This document shows, piece by piece, positions 9,038 to 18,995 of a DNA stretch of 38,936 bases; within the stretch, counting starts at the first letter, position 1, and every line of letters begins with the position of its first letter. This DNA is from a virus (taxonomy: Duplodnaviria; Heunggongvirae; Uroviricota; Caudoviricetes), in IMG/VR virus record IMGVR_UViG_2802429244_000013, positions 1-38,936 of that record, one strand, 5' to 3'. The position numbers and the translations under genes are program-made. The notes below the pieces were generated by a model. That model saw only the letters and a list, made by a program, of their open reading frames with translations. It did not search any database and was not told the DNA's origin.

Positions 9038-11043
9038 TACGCAGGTCCTTTCAATTGCTGTACCGCCCTGGCATTTACAGCCCCCTGCTTGTCAGCGATC
9101 AGATTAGCCGCCTCCTGAGGGTTGTTAACTCCATGAACATTTATAACAGTCTGCTGGTTAAGGCTGCCAGCGGCGGCCTGATACGCCAGCGGGCTGTTCC
9201 AGTTTGAATAACCTTCTTTGCGCGCCATCGACTGCATCAATGCTCCCATAGTCTGGGGATCTGTAAGATTCAATATTGCATTCGGTGATACTCCCATCCA
9301 TTTCGCAACATCCTGTGCATACTTTTTCGGATCGTTGTTATCACCTGCCGGGGCCCAGGTACTGACAATATCCTGAATAGTCTGTAATGCTCGTCCGGTT
9401 GTTTTCCCGGTAAAGTAACGCATGAGCTGGTTTTTCATCGCCTCCCAGCCCTCAAGAGCTGATTCGAAAAACCGGAACCCTTTACCGCTCACCGGGCGAA
9501 TGTTCCCGGGGTTATTGTTGCGATCAGCAAGAGTACCGCCGCCGGGGATGTCGGGCTGGACGTTGGAGCCATGCACTACACCGTTACTCTGTCCCTGCCG
9601 GATAACTTTACCGGGTCCCCCGTGCAACCAGTCCATCCACGCAGGCCATTCACGGACCTCACTGACATCCCTGCGTCCGATATCTGTTTTTATACCAATA
9701 GCAGCCAGCGTGTCGCCGATAATTCGCTTCGTATACCTCAGTGAAGATTTTGCGCTATCGGCAATATTTTCTCTGTCACTAACAATATAGCCCGCGTAAA
9801 GCGCCCACAATTTAAGCCAGGGTGGGACCGGTAAACCTGATATTTTTCCGAAAGCCCCCAGAACCTTGGATACCCAGACACCCGCGATGAATGTACCGAG
9901 GATTTCCAGTGCATTTTGCCAGCCGCCAACACCATCTTTTAGTTCCAGAAGGTGATCACGAAGCCAGGTGATCGCATCCTTCGCTTTATCTATTGCCGGT
10001 TGCCATTTTTCCCAGTCGATAAGACTGTTACCGCCTTCTTTCCATGTTTTGTAGTCTTCCCACAAGAGACCGAGAGCCACGATCAGACCGGTAATCAGCC
10101 CTATAGGTGACATCCAGAAAGTAGAGTTAAGTATCCGCATGGCGACAACCAGACCGCCGATAACCTCTATCAGGGTTTTCGTTTCGGCATCCAGTTTCCC
10201 CCACCACTCGATGATATCGCCGACACCATCGACTATCCGAAATGCTACCCGCCCGACTATCTCACCCAGCCAGAGGATCCCCTTTATGACCTTTGTGATG
10301 GTGACTTCAATTTTGGGAAAATTTTCAATTATCTTTTTGCGCAGGTTATCAATCTGCCCCGCCAGTCCGTCCGCAAGATTCGATCCGATTTTGTCCCGCG
10401 CCATCCCGGCCATTTCACCGAGCGATTTCAGCGAGGTCATAAACCGGTTTGACGATAAGGCAGCCTGATCGGCATTAAATCCGATCGCTTTCACCATTTC
10501 TGAATACTGAGCGCTGAACTGCCCCACACCACGACGCATGGCCATCAGGGTATTTTCGTCAATGCCCAGCATCTGCGCATACTGGTTAGCCCGGTAATAC
10601 GGCATACCGCTGAGCTTCTGGCCTACACCTGTAAAAATAGCGGCCATGTCACGCATGTTGCCGCTGGCATCACGGGTCTGTACGCCCAGGCGATTCAGAA
10701 AGCCTTCTGCTCCGGGATTGTTACGAATAAACCGGGAGAGGCTTTCCAGAGAAGATCGCGCAGCGTCCACACTGCCGCCAACCTGCGAAACCGCATAGCC
10801 AATAGACTGAATTCCCTGGACTGTCGCGCCGGTGCGCTGTGACGCCCAGTAAAGATTATCCAGGCCGGAGGCGATCTTAGCCGTGAAGGCCACCACGGAC
10901 AGCGCAGCTCCTTCAACGGCCAGTCCCATTTTGATGACATTTGCAGTTGTACCGGCGAGGACAGAACCGAACTTTTTCGCTCCTGCATCATCCACACTGA
11001 AGCCAAGCGAGACGAGGAAATCTTTAATAGTTTCAGCGTTCAT
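9037..11043 (-). CDS. tail tape measure protein
   Basis: 668 aa from ATG at 11043 with a strong GGAGAGAGG RBS (the track ORF begins at an upstream TTG); Ala/Gly-rich helical protein with hydrophobic central segments. Confidence 0.8.
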   Translation of the reverse strand: MNAETIKDFLVSLGFSVDDAGAKKFGSVLAGTTANVIKMGLAVEGAALSVVAFTAKIASGLDNLYWASQRTGATVQGIQSIGYAVSQVGGSVDAARSSLESLSRFIRNNPGAEGFLNRLGVQTRDASGNMRDMAAIFTGVGQKLSGMPYYRANQYAQMLGIDENTLMAMRRGVGQFSAQYSEMVKAIGFNADQAALSSNRFMTSLKSLGEMAGMARDKIGSNLADGLAGQIDNLRKKIIENFPKIEVTITKVIKGILWLGEIVGRVAFRIVDGVGDIIEWWGKLDAETKTLIEVIGGLVVAMRILNSTFWMSPIGLITGLIVALGLLWEDYKTWKEGGNSLIDWEKWQPAIDKAKDAITWLRDHLLELKDGVGGWQNALEILGTFIAGVWVSKVLGAFGKISGLPVPPWLKLWALYAGYIVSDRENIADSAKSSLRYTKRIIGDTLAAIGIKTDIGRRDVSEVREWPAWMDWLHGGPGKVIRQGQSNGVVHGSNVQPDIPGGGTLADRNNNPGNIRPVSGKGFRFFESALEGWEAMKNQLMRYFTGKTTGRALQTIQDIVSTWAPAGDNNDPKKYAQDVAKWMGVSPNAILNLTDPQTMGALMQSMARKEGYSNWNSPLAYQAAAGSLNQQTVINVHGVNNPQEAANLIADKQGAVNARAVQQLKGPA

Positions 11044-11272
11044 TATCCTCTCTCCATTTCTCAATGCGCCGCTGGTTATCTGCTTTTACCGCCAGATGGT
11101 CATTCAAGAGAGCAATGTCATACAAATCGACAGAGCCATCTTTAAGTGCTGTATAGGGAATTAACCCGGCGTCAACCGGATTGAGAAGGTAGGACAGCCC
11201 GTCCGGCAGGCTGTTAAACGTCAGCCCTGTTGCAGGCTCTGCGTCGTGCTGGTAAGGGGTGTAGGCAAAAAA
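11033..11272 (-). other. -1 frame extension of the tail assembly chaperone (putative programmed frameshift product)
   Basis: Translated by hand: the -1 frame is open for 79 codons from TTTTTTG (plus 11266-11272) to a TGA at 11033-11035, covering the whole chaperone/tape-measure gap. Confidence 0.55.
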
Positions 11273-11673
11273 TTTCCCAGCGAATCGGCGACCACCCGCG
11301 CCACCAGCTGCAGCATGACCAGCAGGTCAATATCATCAAACATCAGTTCGCCCTGGGTAAATACCGGAACCCATCCGTCCATATGACGCCGCGATACCAC
11401 CGCAAGACAGGGATGAATAATCGCATCGGTGTCATCTTCGGTCAGGGAAGACAGTTCCTCAGCGATACGCGGGAGCATGGTTTCAAACACCGGTTTTAAC
11501 TGCTCTAATTTCACGGTGTCGATTTTGCCATCAGCAGGCAAACGGGAGCGAATGCTCCCGAAATCTGACATCATTCCCGCCAGTACTGGCAGAAGTTTGC
11601 GGGTCACTTTCAGCTGGTCAAAAACGCTGAGTTTTGCCGCGCGATATTTCACGCCTTTAATTTCGAATTCCAT
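11221..11673 (-). CDS. tail assembly chaperone
   Basis: 150-aa ORF immediately upstream of the tape measure gene; -1 frame extension described in findings. Confidence 0.7.
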   Translation of the reverse strand: MEFEIKGVKYRAAKLSVFDQLKVTRKLLPVLAGMMSDFGSIRSRLPADGKIDTVKLEQLKPVFETMLPRIAEELSSLTEDDTDAIIHPCLAVVSRRHMDGWVPVFTQGELMFDDIDLLVMLQLVARVVADSLGNFLPTPLTSTTQSLQQG

Positions 11674-11676
11674 GTA

Positions 11677-12117
11677 TTAAAACTCCCCGAGAACCTGGTC
11701 AATCTTGCCACAGTCAAACACCCACGGCATCGTATTACCGGTTTTAGCGTTGGCGTTATCCGGTTGCTTCTGGAACGCAACACTGCGTGCCGTGATGATG
11801 TCGCCGCTGACCTTGTTGCGGATCACGATAACGTTATTCCCCCATGTGGCAGAAGACTGGCTCTGTGCGTTATACGCCAGCGACAATTTTTTATTTGTCG
11901 GTGATGTCTTCAGAAGGTTAACGGTAATCGTCCCGCTTTTATCTGCATGGAGACTGTGCATCACTTCGCCATCAGCACCGATGGTCATGGTGTTTTTAGG
12001 ACCGCCCATCGCAACCACAATCCCCTCTTCAGAACTTGCCGAACCGTACCCGAGGTCAATCGAACCGGTCGGCCCGGTCAGCGTCGCAGTGACATCCATA
12101 AAAGAATAGGTAGACAT
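11677..12117 (-). CDS. tail tube protein
   Basis: 146-aa ORF between sheath and chaperone; AAGGGGAA RBS. Confidence 0.65.
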   Translation of the reverse strand: MSTYSFMDVTATLTGPTGSIDLGYGSASSEEGIVVAMGGPKNTMTIGADGEVMHSLHADKSGTITVNLLKTSPTNKKLSLAYNAQSQSSATWGNNVIVIRNKVSGDIITARSVAFQKQPDNANAKTGNTMPWVFDCGKIDQVLGEF

Positions 12118-12127
12118 TCACTTCCCC

Positions 12128-13273
12128 TTAGCGAACAACGTTAATCTGTACGTCAGCGTAATGAACCGCGCCTGCAAGTTTTATTGCAGCCTGAATCACC
12201 GGAGCCTTACGGGCTTCACGTTCTGATTGTGCCTGTTCATCCAGCGACTGGGCGTATACGTAATAACCTTTGGGCAGCGTGTCACCTGATGACAACTGGC
12301 CAAGGTCGCCACCGTTCCATACGCCCGGAGCAATCAGTCCATTCTGAACGGCCTGATCCAGTGATTTTTCAACATTTGATAACAGTCGGGTAATACCGGC
12401 TTCAGTCTGGGGAACCTTCGTGGTGCTGGTATAAAGCAGGTTATAGAGGTTGGTCTGCACATAATTCTGTAACCAGTCCAGGCCGTGGCGTTCATCAAAG
12501 AAATCGCCGTTAGCCATCACTCCCTGCTGGAGGATAGCTGTATCATTCTGGTAGTACACGAACACATTGCAGTTTTTTGCATCAAGTGCCGATGCCTGGC
12601 TGACTGTCAGTGTTTCATACCCGACACCCGGCTCCTGCTTAAACTTGAGCGTAATCGCGGTATTACTGCCATTGAAATTAACCGTGAATGCCCGGCCAAA
12701 TGCAGATAACGCAGCGTATTTATTACCCGATGAATACTGAATAAAACTGCGTGAATATCCGGCGGCTTTCAGTTTTGATGCCAAATCATCGCTGGATGCA
12801 GTCTGCAGGCATTTCTCATCGCTTGTCGTAATCGCCAGAATACGGCTTACAGAAGAGGATTCGATCGCCGCAGCCACTTTCAGCCAGTCTGCATCCGGAA
12901 TATCTTCATCGTCTGCAATCCCCAGCCCATACCATGAAGTATAATCAAGCATGGCATTCACAGCCTGCTCCAGCGTCTCAGGCGTGGCCTGTTCGCTGTC
13001 TCCCTTCGTTTTCACCCAACGACCAACAAAAACCTCCTGAGGTTTCGGTGATTGAGAGAAAAACACCTGCGCAGCCTTATATTCTGGTGATTCCACGCCA
13101 AAATCTTTTCCAATATCTTCCGCGGCAGAATAACGGCGAATGCGCTCACTTACCGGAATGATTGTGGACGGGCCGAGAATGAGTAATGCACCAAAATTTC
13201 GCCCTGATGCTGCACGCGGCGACATGATCACATCAACATTAACAACGTTTGATACAGGCAAGCCCTGTGCCAT
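12128..13273 (-). CDS. tail sheath protein
   Basis: 381-aa ORF upstream of the tube gene with a GGAGA RBS; size and position typical of contractile tail sheath. Confidence 0.7.
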   Translation of the reverse strand: MAQGLPVSNVVNVDVIMSPRAASGRNFGALLILGPSTIIPVSERIRRYSAAEDIGKDFGVESPEYKAAQVFFSQSPKPQEVFVGRWVKTKGDSEQATPETLEQAVNAMLDYTSWYGLGIADDEDIPDADWLKVAAAIESSSVSRILAITTSDEKCLQTASSDDLASKLKAAGYSRSFIQYSSGNKYAALSAFGRAFTVNFNGSNTAITLKFKQEPGVGYETLTVSQASALDAKNCNVFVYYQNDTAILQQGVMANGDFFDERHGLDWLQNYVQTNLYNLLYTSTTKVPQTEAGITRLLSNVEKSLDQAVQNGLIAPGVWNGGDLGQLSSGDTLPKGYYVYAQSLDEQAQSEREARKAPVIQAAIKLAGAVHYADVQINVVR

Positions 13274-13276
13274 AGC

Positions 13277-13840
13277 TTAATCTCCGAAAAAGATGACTGG
13301 TGCTTCCACCAGCGATTTAATACCGTACTCACGCACAACCTTCCGGCGCAGGCGCACCGTCATATCGTAGCGGCGGACCCATTGCTGATTAATAAGTTCA
13401 GGGAAGGGAGTCAGACCTGTGTAATCGCCAAGAGACAGCCCCAGCGCATTCAGTGCTGCATTGTTCTGCGGCACAGATATACCGTCACGAAACCGGGACG
13501 CATACACCATCCCCGCCGGTCCATAAAACGAAGCCATACACTCAATCGTTTCATGCCGCCAGAGCTGAGAGCCATCATCGGTCTGTCTGGTGAATGCCGG
13601 ACTGTCATCACCTGACCATCCGATAACCCCAAACGCACACCAGTTCGTTTCAACCGGTAGCAGTGGCGGCTGCTCTTTCTGCCAGCGCGGGCGAACCATC
13701 CCGGCAGACAGACCGGAAACGTTACGCATCCACTGGCTTAACAGCCTGTCGAGCGCTTCGTCATAATCCGGATCGCCACTGGTTGGTATTAACCATCCGC
13801 GCTCTGTACTGGTGTTATTGCTCAACCGGAGTTCCCCCAT
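13277..13840 (-). CDS. phage structural protein, possibly tail terminator or neck
   Basis: ORF starts TTG-ATG, so the ATG at 13840 is taken as the start; lies between head-tail joining genes and the sheath. Confidence 0.4.
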   Translation of the reverse strand: MGELRLSNNTSTERGWLIPTSGDPDYDEALDRLLSQWMRNVSGLSAGMVRPRWQKEQPPLLPVETNWCAFGVIGWSGDDSPAFTRQTDDGSQLWRHETIECMASFYGPAGMVYASRFRDGISVPQNNAALNALGLSLGDYTGLTPFPELINQQWVRRYDMTVRLRRKVVREYGIKSLVEAPVIFFGD

Positions 13841-14204
13841 CAAACGGCATCAACTCACAATGCGCCTGAACGAATCCGGCCCCATAAGCTGTATACGGGT
13901 CGACGAAGGTCACACGATAATCACGGCCCTGATACGTCACGATATCGGCATCACGGCCAGTCTGTCCCTGTGTCAGTCGCTCAGTCGTCACAATCAGAAT
14001 TGCACCACTGATTACCTGCCCGGCCTGCATACGACGGTTTTCCAGAGAGCGATCAACAGTTACGACTCCGGCAAACTGCTTTTTAACTTCGCTGTCGCTG
14101 CCGATCCCGTCCTCATCCACCGTTTGCACACGGCGTGTTACCCACAAATTGAAGTCGCAAAAATCGGGGTCAAAAAGCACATCTGTTACATCAAGAGTCG
14201 GCAT
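13815..14204 (-). CDS. phage structural protein, possibly head-tail connector
   Basis: 129-aa ORF with a GAGGG RBS; overlaps both neighbours. Confidence 0.4.
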   Translation of the reverse strand: MPTLDVTDVLFDPDFCDFNLWVTRRVQTVDEDGIGSDSEVKKQFAGVVTVDRSLENRRMQAGQVISGAILIVTTERLTQGQTGRDADIVTYQGRDYRVTFVDPYTAYGAGFVQAHCELMPFDGGTPVEQ

Positions 14205-14745
14205 TTTTATCCCTCACAACATGGGTAATAGCTCTGCGATATTGCCCGGTGTCAATTAATGGTTTCGCCAGTTCGGTTCCCGGAGATTCGCCAGCAGCAC
14301 GCCGGGCAAGTTCCATTGTTGCCCCCTTGCGCCCCCGACGAGCCCGGGCTTCAACAGTACTGTCAGCAAGCGGCGTAAAGCCGGTAATGGTCATGTAACG
14401 CCTGACGCCATTAGCGGCCAGCGTTCCGGCACGGTTGAGTGCGCGTTCTGCTCCCGCAGCATTACCATCAAGTGCAGCCTGCGCCGCGGCTTTGAGCTGC
14501 GGCACCGTCTGCTCTTCTGCCGATTTAACGCCGGGGACCAGGTGAGGTCGTGGCGGGATGTTCTGCTCTGGTGAGCCGTATTCGTTGAGGTAACCGATGC
14601 CCGCATTACCAAACGGAACATCATCCCGCTCGCTGTCTTCCGAAGGGATGCCGACCAGCACATCTTTTTTGGTTAACGACCTGAGCGCATCCAGAATGGC
14701 CTTAGCGTTATCCACCCTCGTTGTTACACCGCTTTTGAAACTCAT
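14191..14745 (-). CDS. head-tail joining protein (HK97 gp10-like)
   Basis: C-terminal [12 protein letters not shown] resembles the HK97 gp10 family signature; ATGA overlap with the upstream gene. Confidence 0.5.
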   Translation of the reverse strand: MSFKSGVTTRVDNAKAILDALRSLTKKDVLVGIPSEDSERDDVPFGNAGIGYLNEYGSPEQNIPPRPHLVPGVKSAEEQTVPQLKAAAQAALDGNAAGAERALNRAGTLAANGVRRYMTITGFTPLADSTVEARARRGRKGATMELARRAAGESPGTELAKPLIDTGQYRRAITHVVRDKNADS

Positions 14746-15149
14746 AGCTGGCGACCACCTGCACCGAACATCGTGATCAACTGATAAAATTCAGCGCCAT
14801 ATCGGGTGTTATTCCAGAAACCTGCATCAGGATTCAGCGTCGCGCTGGTGTCATAGCTGACGCTTACCTTATCCACGGACTTTGAGGACTGAACACCATT
14901 GGTTGAACCGCCCGGACCATCAGCCAGCATCGCTCTGCTGTCAGCCGCCCAGAGCGTCATGTAGTGAGCAACGAACAACCCGGCAAAGTACGGAAACAAC
15001 TTTTTGCCGGTGACATTTTCGCTCAGCAGTTCATCGGCCAGATTCAGACGGAACCCGATTTGGGCGTCGGGATATTTTGCCGGGTCAGCAAATTGCGGGA
15101 AGTCGCGGCGAAAATCACTTACCGCTGGCAGACTTTGATTCTTTGACAT
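14742..15149 (-). CDS. head-tail adaptor-like protein
   Basis: Track ORF 14742..15233; internal ATG at 15149 (MSKNQS) is the likely start. Confidence 0.4.
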   Translation of the reverse strand: MSKNQSLPAVSDFRRDFPQFADPAKYPDAQIGFRLNLADELLSENVTGKKLFPYFAGLFVAHYMTLWAADSRAMLADGPGGSTNGVQSSKSVDKVSVSYDTSATLNPDAGFWNNTRYGAEFYQLITMFGAGGRQL

Positions 15150-15483
15150 CTTTAGCCCCATTACCGCCAGTCCGGGCGGCAGTAATCTGCGCCTGCAGGC
15201 TGTCGTTCTGCTCCTGCAGTTTGAGCAATGCATCTTTCAGATCGGCAATCAGCTTATCTTTGTCGGCAATCTGCGCTTGCAGGCCGTCGATAATGGGTTG
15301 CAGATCATCGGTGTCGCTAATCACGCTTTCGGAAAGCTCAGAGTGCGCCTGGGTGAACCAGTGCGACGCGACCTCTTCCGGTACGTTATGCCGTCCCCGG
15401 CCAAACTCCTGTTTTGACTGATCGCCGAGCGTCAGCGTAAACGGGGTGTGAACATGGATGGTAACCAGCTTTTCTTTCGCCAT
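15115..15483 (-). CDS. hypothetical head-region protein with C-terminal coiled coil
   Basis: Track ORF 15115..15714; ATG at 15483 with AAGGAA RBS (MAKEKLV); C-terminus has heptad-like [25 protein letters not shown]. Confidence 0.45.
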   Translation of the reverse strand: MAKEKLVTIHVHTPFTLTLGDQSKQEFGRGRHNVPEEVASHWFTQAHSELSESVISDTDDLQPIIDGLQAQIADKDKLIADLKDALLKLQEQNDSLQAQITAARTGGNGAKDVKESKSASGK

Positions 15484-15523
15484 TTCAGTTTCCTTCAGGC
15501 CCCTTTCGGGGCCATTCTGGTTA

Positions 15524-16465
15524 TCAGATACCGTCCACATAGGACAGAGTTTCTTTATACACTGGCTCGACTGCACCCAGCTTGCCGTAGTAAGTGACGA
15601 TCTGATACAGGCCGCGATACTGCACCGGCACGCTCTGAAGCGGAACCAGCGGGTAGCGGACGTATTTTTTATCGTTGGTGTACGCAACCATGCGATCCTT
15701 ATTCCCCACACCACGGCCTTTCAGCCATTTAACCGCGCGGATATTCAGCGGAACACCGTTCTGGTGATAGCTGATGGTGTTGGTCTGAAGGTACGTCAAC
15801 AGGGACTGGTTACCCGCAGATGAAACGATGATGCTGGACAACAGAGCAAACTGTTCAGGCGGGATCAGCAAATCACGCGGGACCACAGAGTAACCAGAAG
15901 CGGCCCACGCATCAGACAGCACCTGGTTAATGCTTGCGCGGATTTCGTCCGGTGTTGAGGTTGCCCACGTTTTGGCAGCGTTGTTGACAGGCACGCCGTC
16001 CAGGGTAACAAGGCCTTTCAGGTTTAATGCGGAATCGCCAACATATACCTGTTCATCGTTATCCATCTGCCATTTCAGTTGCATCCCGTCATACTTCTGC
16101 GTATCAATCGGGCGGCCGACCTGCTGAGCAGCCTGCAATTCTATGACCGTCCAGCCAAGTTCCATCCCCCACAGGTTCAGCGGGTTACCGGATTTGCCGG
16201 TATCCACGTTCACGCCAGCAATAGCGGTTGAGTCTTTGCCTACCCAGTTTTTGCCATTCGGATTTGCACCAGTACCCGCAGCGGCGAAGCTGGTATTCGT
16301 CCAGCTGGAAATGTCATCTGCGATAGAGACATCTTCACGCAACTGAATATCGCGGGTCCAGGTGTACCCCACCAGTGGCAGGTTCAGCGTCTGGTCGAGT
16401 CGCTCCAGCTCCCCGATGAGAAAGGCACCAGAGCTGTCAACGGTTGCCTGATCAAAAGTAATCAT
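15524..16465 (-). CDS. major capsid protein
   Basis: 313-aa ORF with AAGGAA RBS, following the putative decoration and scaffold genes; size and position typical of a major capsid protein. Confidence 0.7.
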   Translation of the reverse strand: MITFDQATVDSSGAFLIGELERLDQTLNLPLVGYTWTRDIQLREDVSIADDISSWTNTSFAAAGTGANPNGKNWVGKDSTAIAGVNVDTGKSGNPLNLWGMELGWTVIELQAAQQVGRPIDTQKYDGMQLKWQMDNDEQVYVGDSALNLKGLVTLDGVPVNNAAKTWATSTPDEIRASINQVLSDAWAASGYSVVPRDLLIPPEQFALLSSIIVSSAGNQSLLTYLQTNTISYHQNGVPLNIRAVKWLKGRGVGNKDRMVAYTNDKKYVRYPLVPLQSVPVQYRGLYQIVTYYGKLGAVEPVYKETLSYVDGI

Positions 16466-16476
16466 TCGTCTGTTCC

Positions 16477-16983
16477 TTAAATCTTCCAGGAAATTTCTGC
16501 ATTGCCGTTAGCATCACCGGCACCTGTGAATTCAGCGTTGGTCAGCACCACATTTTTGCCACTGACTGACGTGGACATGAATCCACCCAGCGGCACTTTG
16601 ATGGATTCATCAGTGGAGACGACAACGTATACCGGGTCGCCTTTTTTGATAGTGCTGGCATCAAAATCAGAACCGAGATTAACGGTCACGTAGCCACGCT
16701 TCATGGCGTCGCCCGGGAAGTTCTTGCCTGTTCCCACCTGGCGAACCATGTCCGGCTGCGACGTGGTCGGATAAGGGCGCACGTAGATCCCCTTCACCTT
16801 GTCTGCGGTATCACCATCTGCCAGCGGCACGAAAAAACCGTCATCATCGTATTTACCAGCCAGCCCATAGGCAGCGAAGGCGTTATCGGATTTAAGGACC
16901 ACCGGTTCGACGGTTAAGTCCTGCGGGCGAGAGACAGCCCCAGCAATGCCAACAGGCATCCGGTACAGAAATACATTATTCAT
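16477..16983 (-). CDS. head structural protein, possibly decoration
   Basis: 168-aa ORF directly upstream of the major capsid gene. Confidence 0.4.
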   Translation of the reverse strand: MNNVFLYRMPVGIAGAVSRPQDLTVEPVVLKSDNAFAAYGLAGKYDDDGFFVPLADGDTADKVKGIYVRPYPTTSQPDMVRQVGTGKNFPGDAMKRGYVTVNLGSDFDASTIKKGDPVYVVVSTDESIKVPLGGFMSTSVSGKNVVLTNAEFTGAGDANGNAEISWKI

Positions 16984-16986
16984 TTT

Positions 16987-18207
16987 TTACCCTTTACGGT
17001 TTGCCCAGAATTCAGCGTTTTGTTTGTTCAGGGAAGCGATACTGGTCATGCCCATGTTTAGGCGCTGTGCATCGCCGGTGGTGGCGCGGGTGTTTCGCCC
17101 TTTGGCAATCTCAGACACGGCATTAAACGCCATGTCGACCGATTGTTTCGGCAATTTGCGGATATCCGCATCACCGACGATCTGGCGAACCAGCGTTTTA
17201 TCTGCGGAAGCCAGAACCTCGCGTTTGAACTCGGTCGGTTTCATCTTACGGCTCAGATCGATACCCGGAACGATAACTTCGGCACGCCAGGCTGAGTCAC
17301 CAGTAATCGTGGTTTCCTCTTCATCGTCCTCGCCGTCACCGGTCGGATTATCGTCAGGCTTATTATCGTTATCGCCCGTGGCATTTCCTTCCAGCTTAGC
17401 CAGCAGGGCTTTCAGTAATGTTTTGAGGTCATCATCACTGTCGCCGGTTGGACCTCCACCCATCTCTGGTGCTTTGTCCGGTAGTGGTTGCTGCGGGGAC
17501 AGGTTGATGTTGAGATTAACGCCCTGCGGCAAATCCCCCTCATCTCCTGTAACCGATGCGGGAGCCGACTCCACCAGTTCGTTCATGGTGTCGGCATCTC
17601 CTGTCTTGATGGCTGCACGCATGCGGTTCCACCAGTTTTTCTTTTGATTTGCCATTGTGTCTCTGTCTCCAATTGCACAACGATTTCCGGCTCTGCCTTT
17701 GGGGACAAGAGCCACATGGTTTCCGGTAATATCGACCTGCTCGGCTTTACCTGGCTCGGTCTGCTCGTACTCCGCGTCATAGCCGCACGACACTTCACGC
17801 AGGCCATCTTCGATAAGCTGAATGGCGTTTTCGTCTTTGACGATAAGGTCAGCCAGCATCAAATCAGACTGCTCACCCGTCCCGCGCCGGACATTCTGGA
17901 GGTGCCCGACAGCAAGCTCTTTCCAGTTCTCGGGATTTACCAGCCGCACATTCCCGTTTTCATCTTCAGGATGCAGGATCGTGATGCTCATCCCTTCGAA
18001 TGAGGCGAGCGTGGCCGGATGGAATACCTGCTCAGGAGAACGCGTGACGACTATTTCACCGAACTTATCGGGTTTCAGTTTTGGCAGGTCATCAGCACCA
18101 TAGAGCTGCTTACCTGTTCGTCCTATCGGCACGTCTTTGCACAGCAACGAGCCGTCAGCCAGCTGGTAGCGGGTTTCTCCCAGCCGGGTATTGAAAAAAT
18201 ATTTCAT
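16987..18207 (-). CDS. prohead protease / scaffold-like protein
   Basis: 406-aa ORF between the head morphogenesis and decoration genes with an acidic low-complexity linker (GDSDDD, DNDNKPDDNPTGDGEDDEEE). Confidence 0.45.
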   Translation of the reverse strand: MKYFFNTRLGETRYQLADGSLLCKDVPIGRTGKQLYGADDLPKLKPDKFGEIVVTRSPEQVFHPATLASFEGMSITILHPEDENGNVRLVNPENWKELAVGHLQNVRRGTGEQSDLMLADLIVKDENAIQLIEDGLREVSCGYDAEYEQTEPGKAEQVDITGNHVALVPKGRAGNRCAIGDRDTMANQKKNWWNRMRAAIKTGDADTMNELVESAPASVTGDEGDLPQGVNLNINLSPQQPLPDKAPEMGGGPTGDSDDDLKTLLKALLAKLEGNATGDNDNKPDDNPTGDGEDDEEETTITGDSAWRAEVIVPGIDLSRKMKPTEFKREVLASADKTLVRQIVGDADIRKLPKQSVDMAFNAVSEIAKGRNTRATTGDAQRLNMGMTSIASLNKQNAEFWANRKG

Positions 18208-18221
18208 GGGTTACCTGCGAT

Positions 18222-18995
18222 TCAGGCGGGATAAGATTGGGAGGTGGGAAAAACGATTTCTTTATAACAGCGACAATTCGGGAGCTCGCCAGCGTGACCG
18301 GTCATGCCGTCAAGCGTTGGAGGTTTGCCCCATTCGACAAATTTACCTTCCATTTCCTGATGAGAATGCCTGACGTCACCATCTTCGGCTGTACGCCAGA
18401 TATAACCATTCGAACCAATTGACAGCGCACGCGCCTGATCCAGCGCTCCGGTTGCACGTCCAAGTTCAGTACGGGCAATCAGGTCAGCTCTGGACTTTGC
18501 TATATCACCCGATGCGGCTATTTCTTTAGCAAAATGTTCCGCTCTCCCACCGGTAACAACAGCTTCTATCGCCCGATTCTGGATGTCGTACACCCTGTCA
18601 GCCGCCTCGAGGGGTAGCGATTTGATGTACTTAACCTGTTCGGCGATGATGGATTGCATCACCTGGCCCACAGGAGCGCTTTCCACAAGATTGCGGAGCT
18701 CGCGACTGATGTTCTTGCTGTGTTGCCGCCAAACTTTCTCGTTCTGCCGGGTTAGGTCCGCAGTAAAGTTTTCCGCGACCTTTGTCGCCCAGGGGGTGAT
18801 GATTTCACTGTAGCGCTCCAGCGCCGCAATAATTTCCGTGATACTGTCATTTGAACCATCGTAGTGACCATTTACGATGTCTCCGACCGCCCGCGCTATC
18901 CTGCGTAGGCTGGTTCGATAGCGGATTTCCGCCTGACGGTTCCTGCGGTTCGTCATCAGGTTCGCCGATGCCGGGCGGCGCTTCGTCTTCGGCAT
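18222..18995 (-). CDS. head morphogenesis protein (Mu F / SPP1 gp7-like)
   Basis: C-terminal GYIWRTAEDGDVRHSHQEMEG...PNCRCY is the Mu F-type signature; ATG at 18995 has a GAGGA RBS but overlaps the portal gene by 149 nt. Confidence 0.7.
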   Translation of the reverse strand: MPKTKRRPASANLMTNRRNRQAEIRYRTSLRRIARAVGDIVNGHYDGSNDSITEIIAALERYSEIITPWATKVAENFTADLTRQNEKVWRQHSKNISRELRNLVESAPVGQVMQSIIAEQVKYIKSLPLEAADRVYDIQNRAIEAVVTGGRAEHFAKEIAASGDIAKSRADLIARTELGRATGALDQARALSIGSNGYIWRTAEDGDVRHSHQEMEGKFVEWGKPPTLDGMTGHAGELPNCRCYKEIVFPTSQSYPA

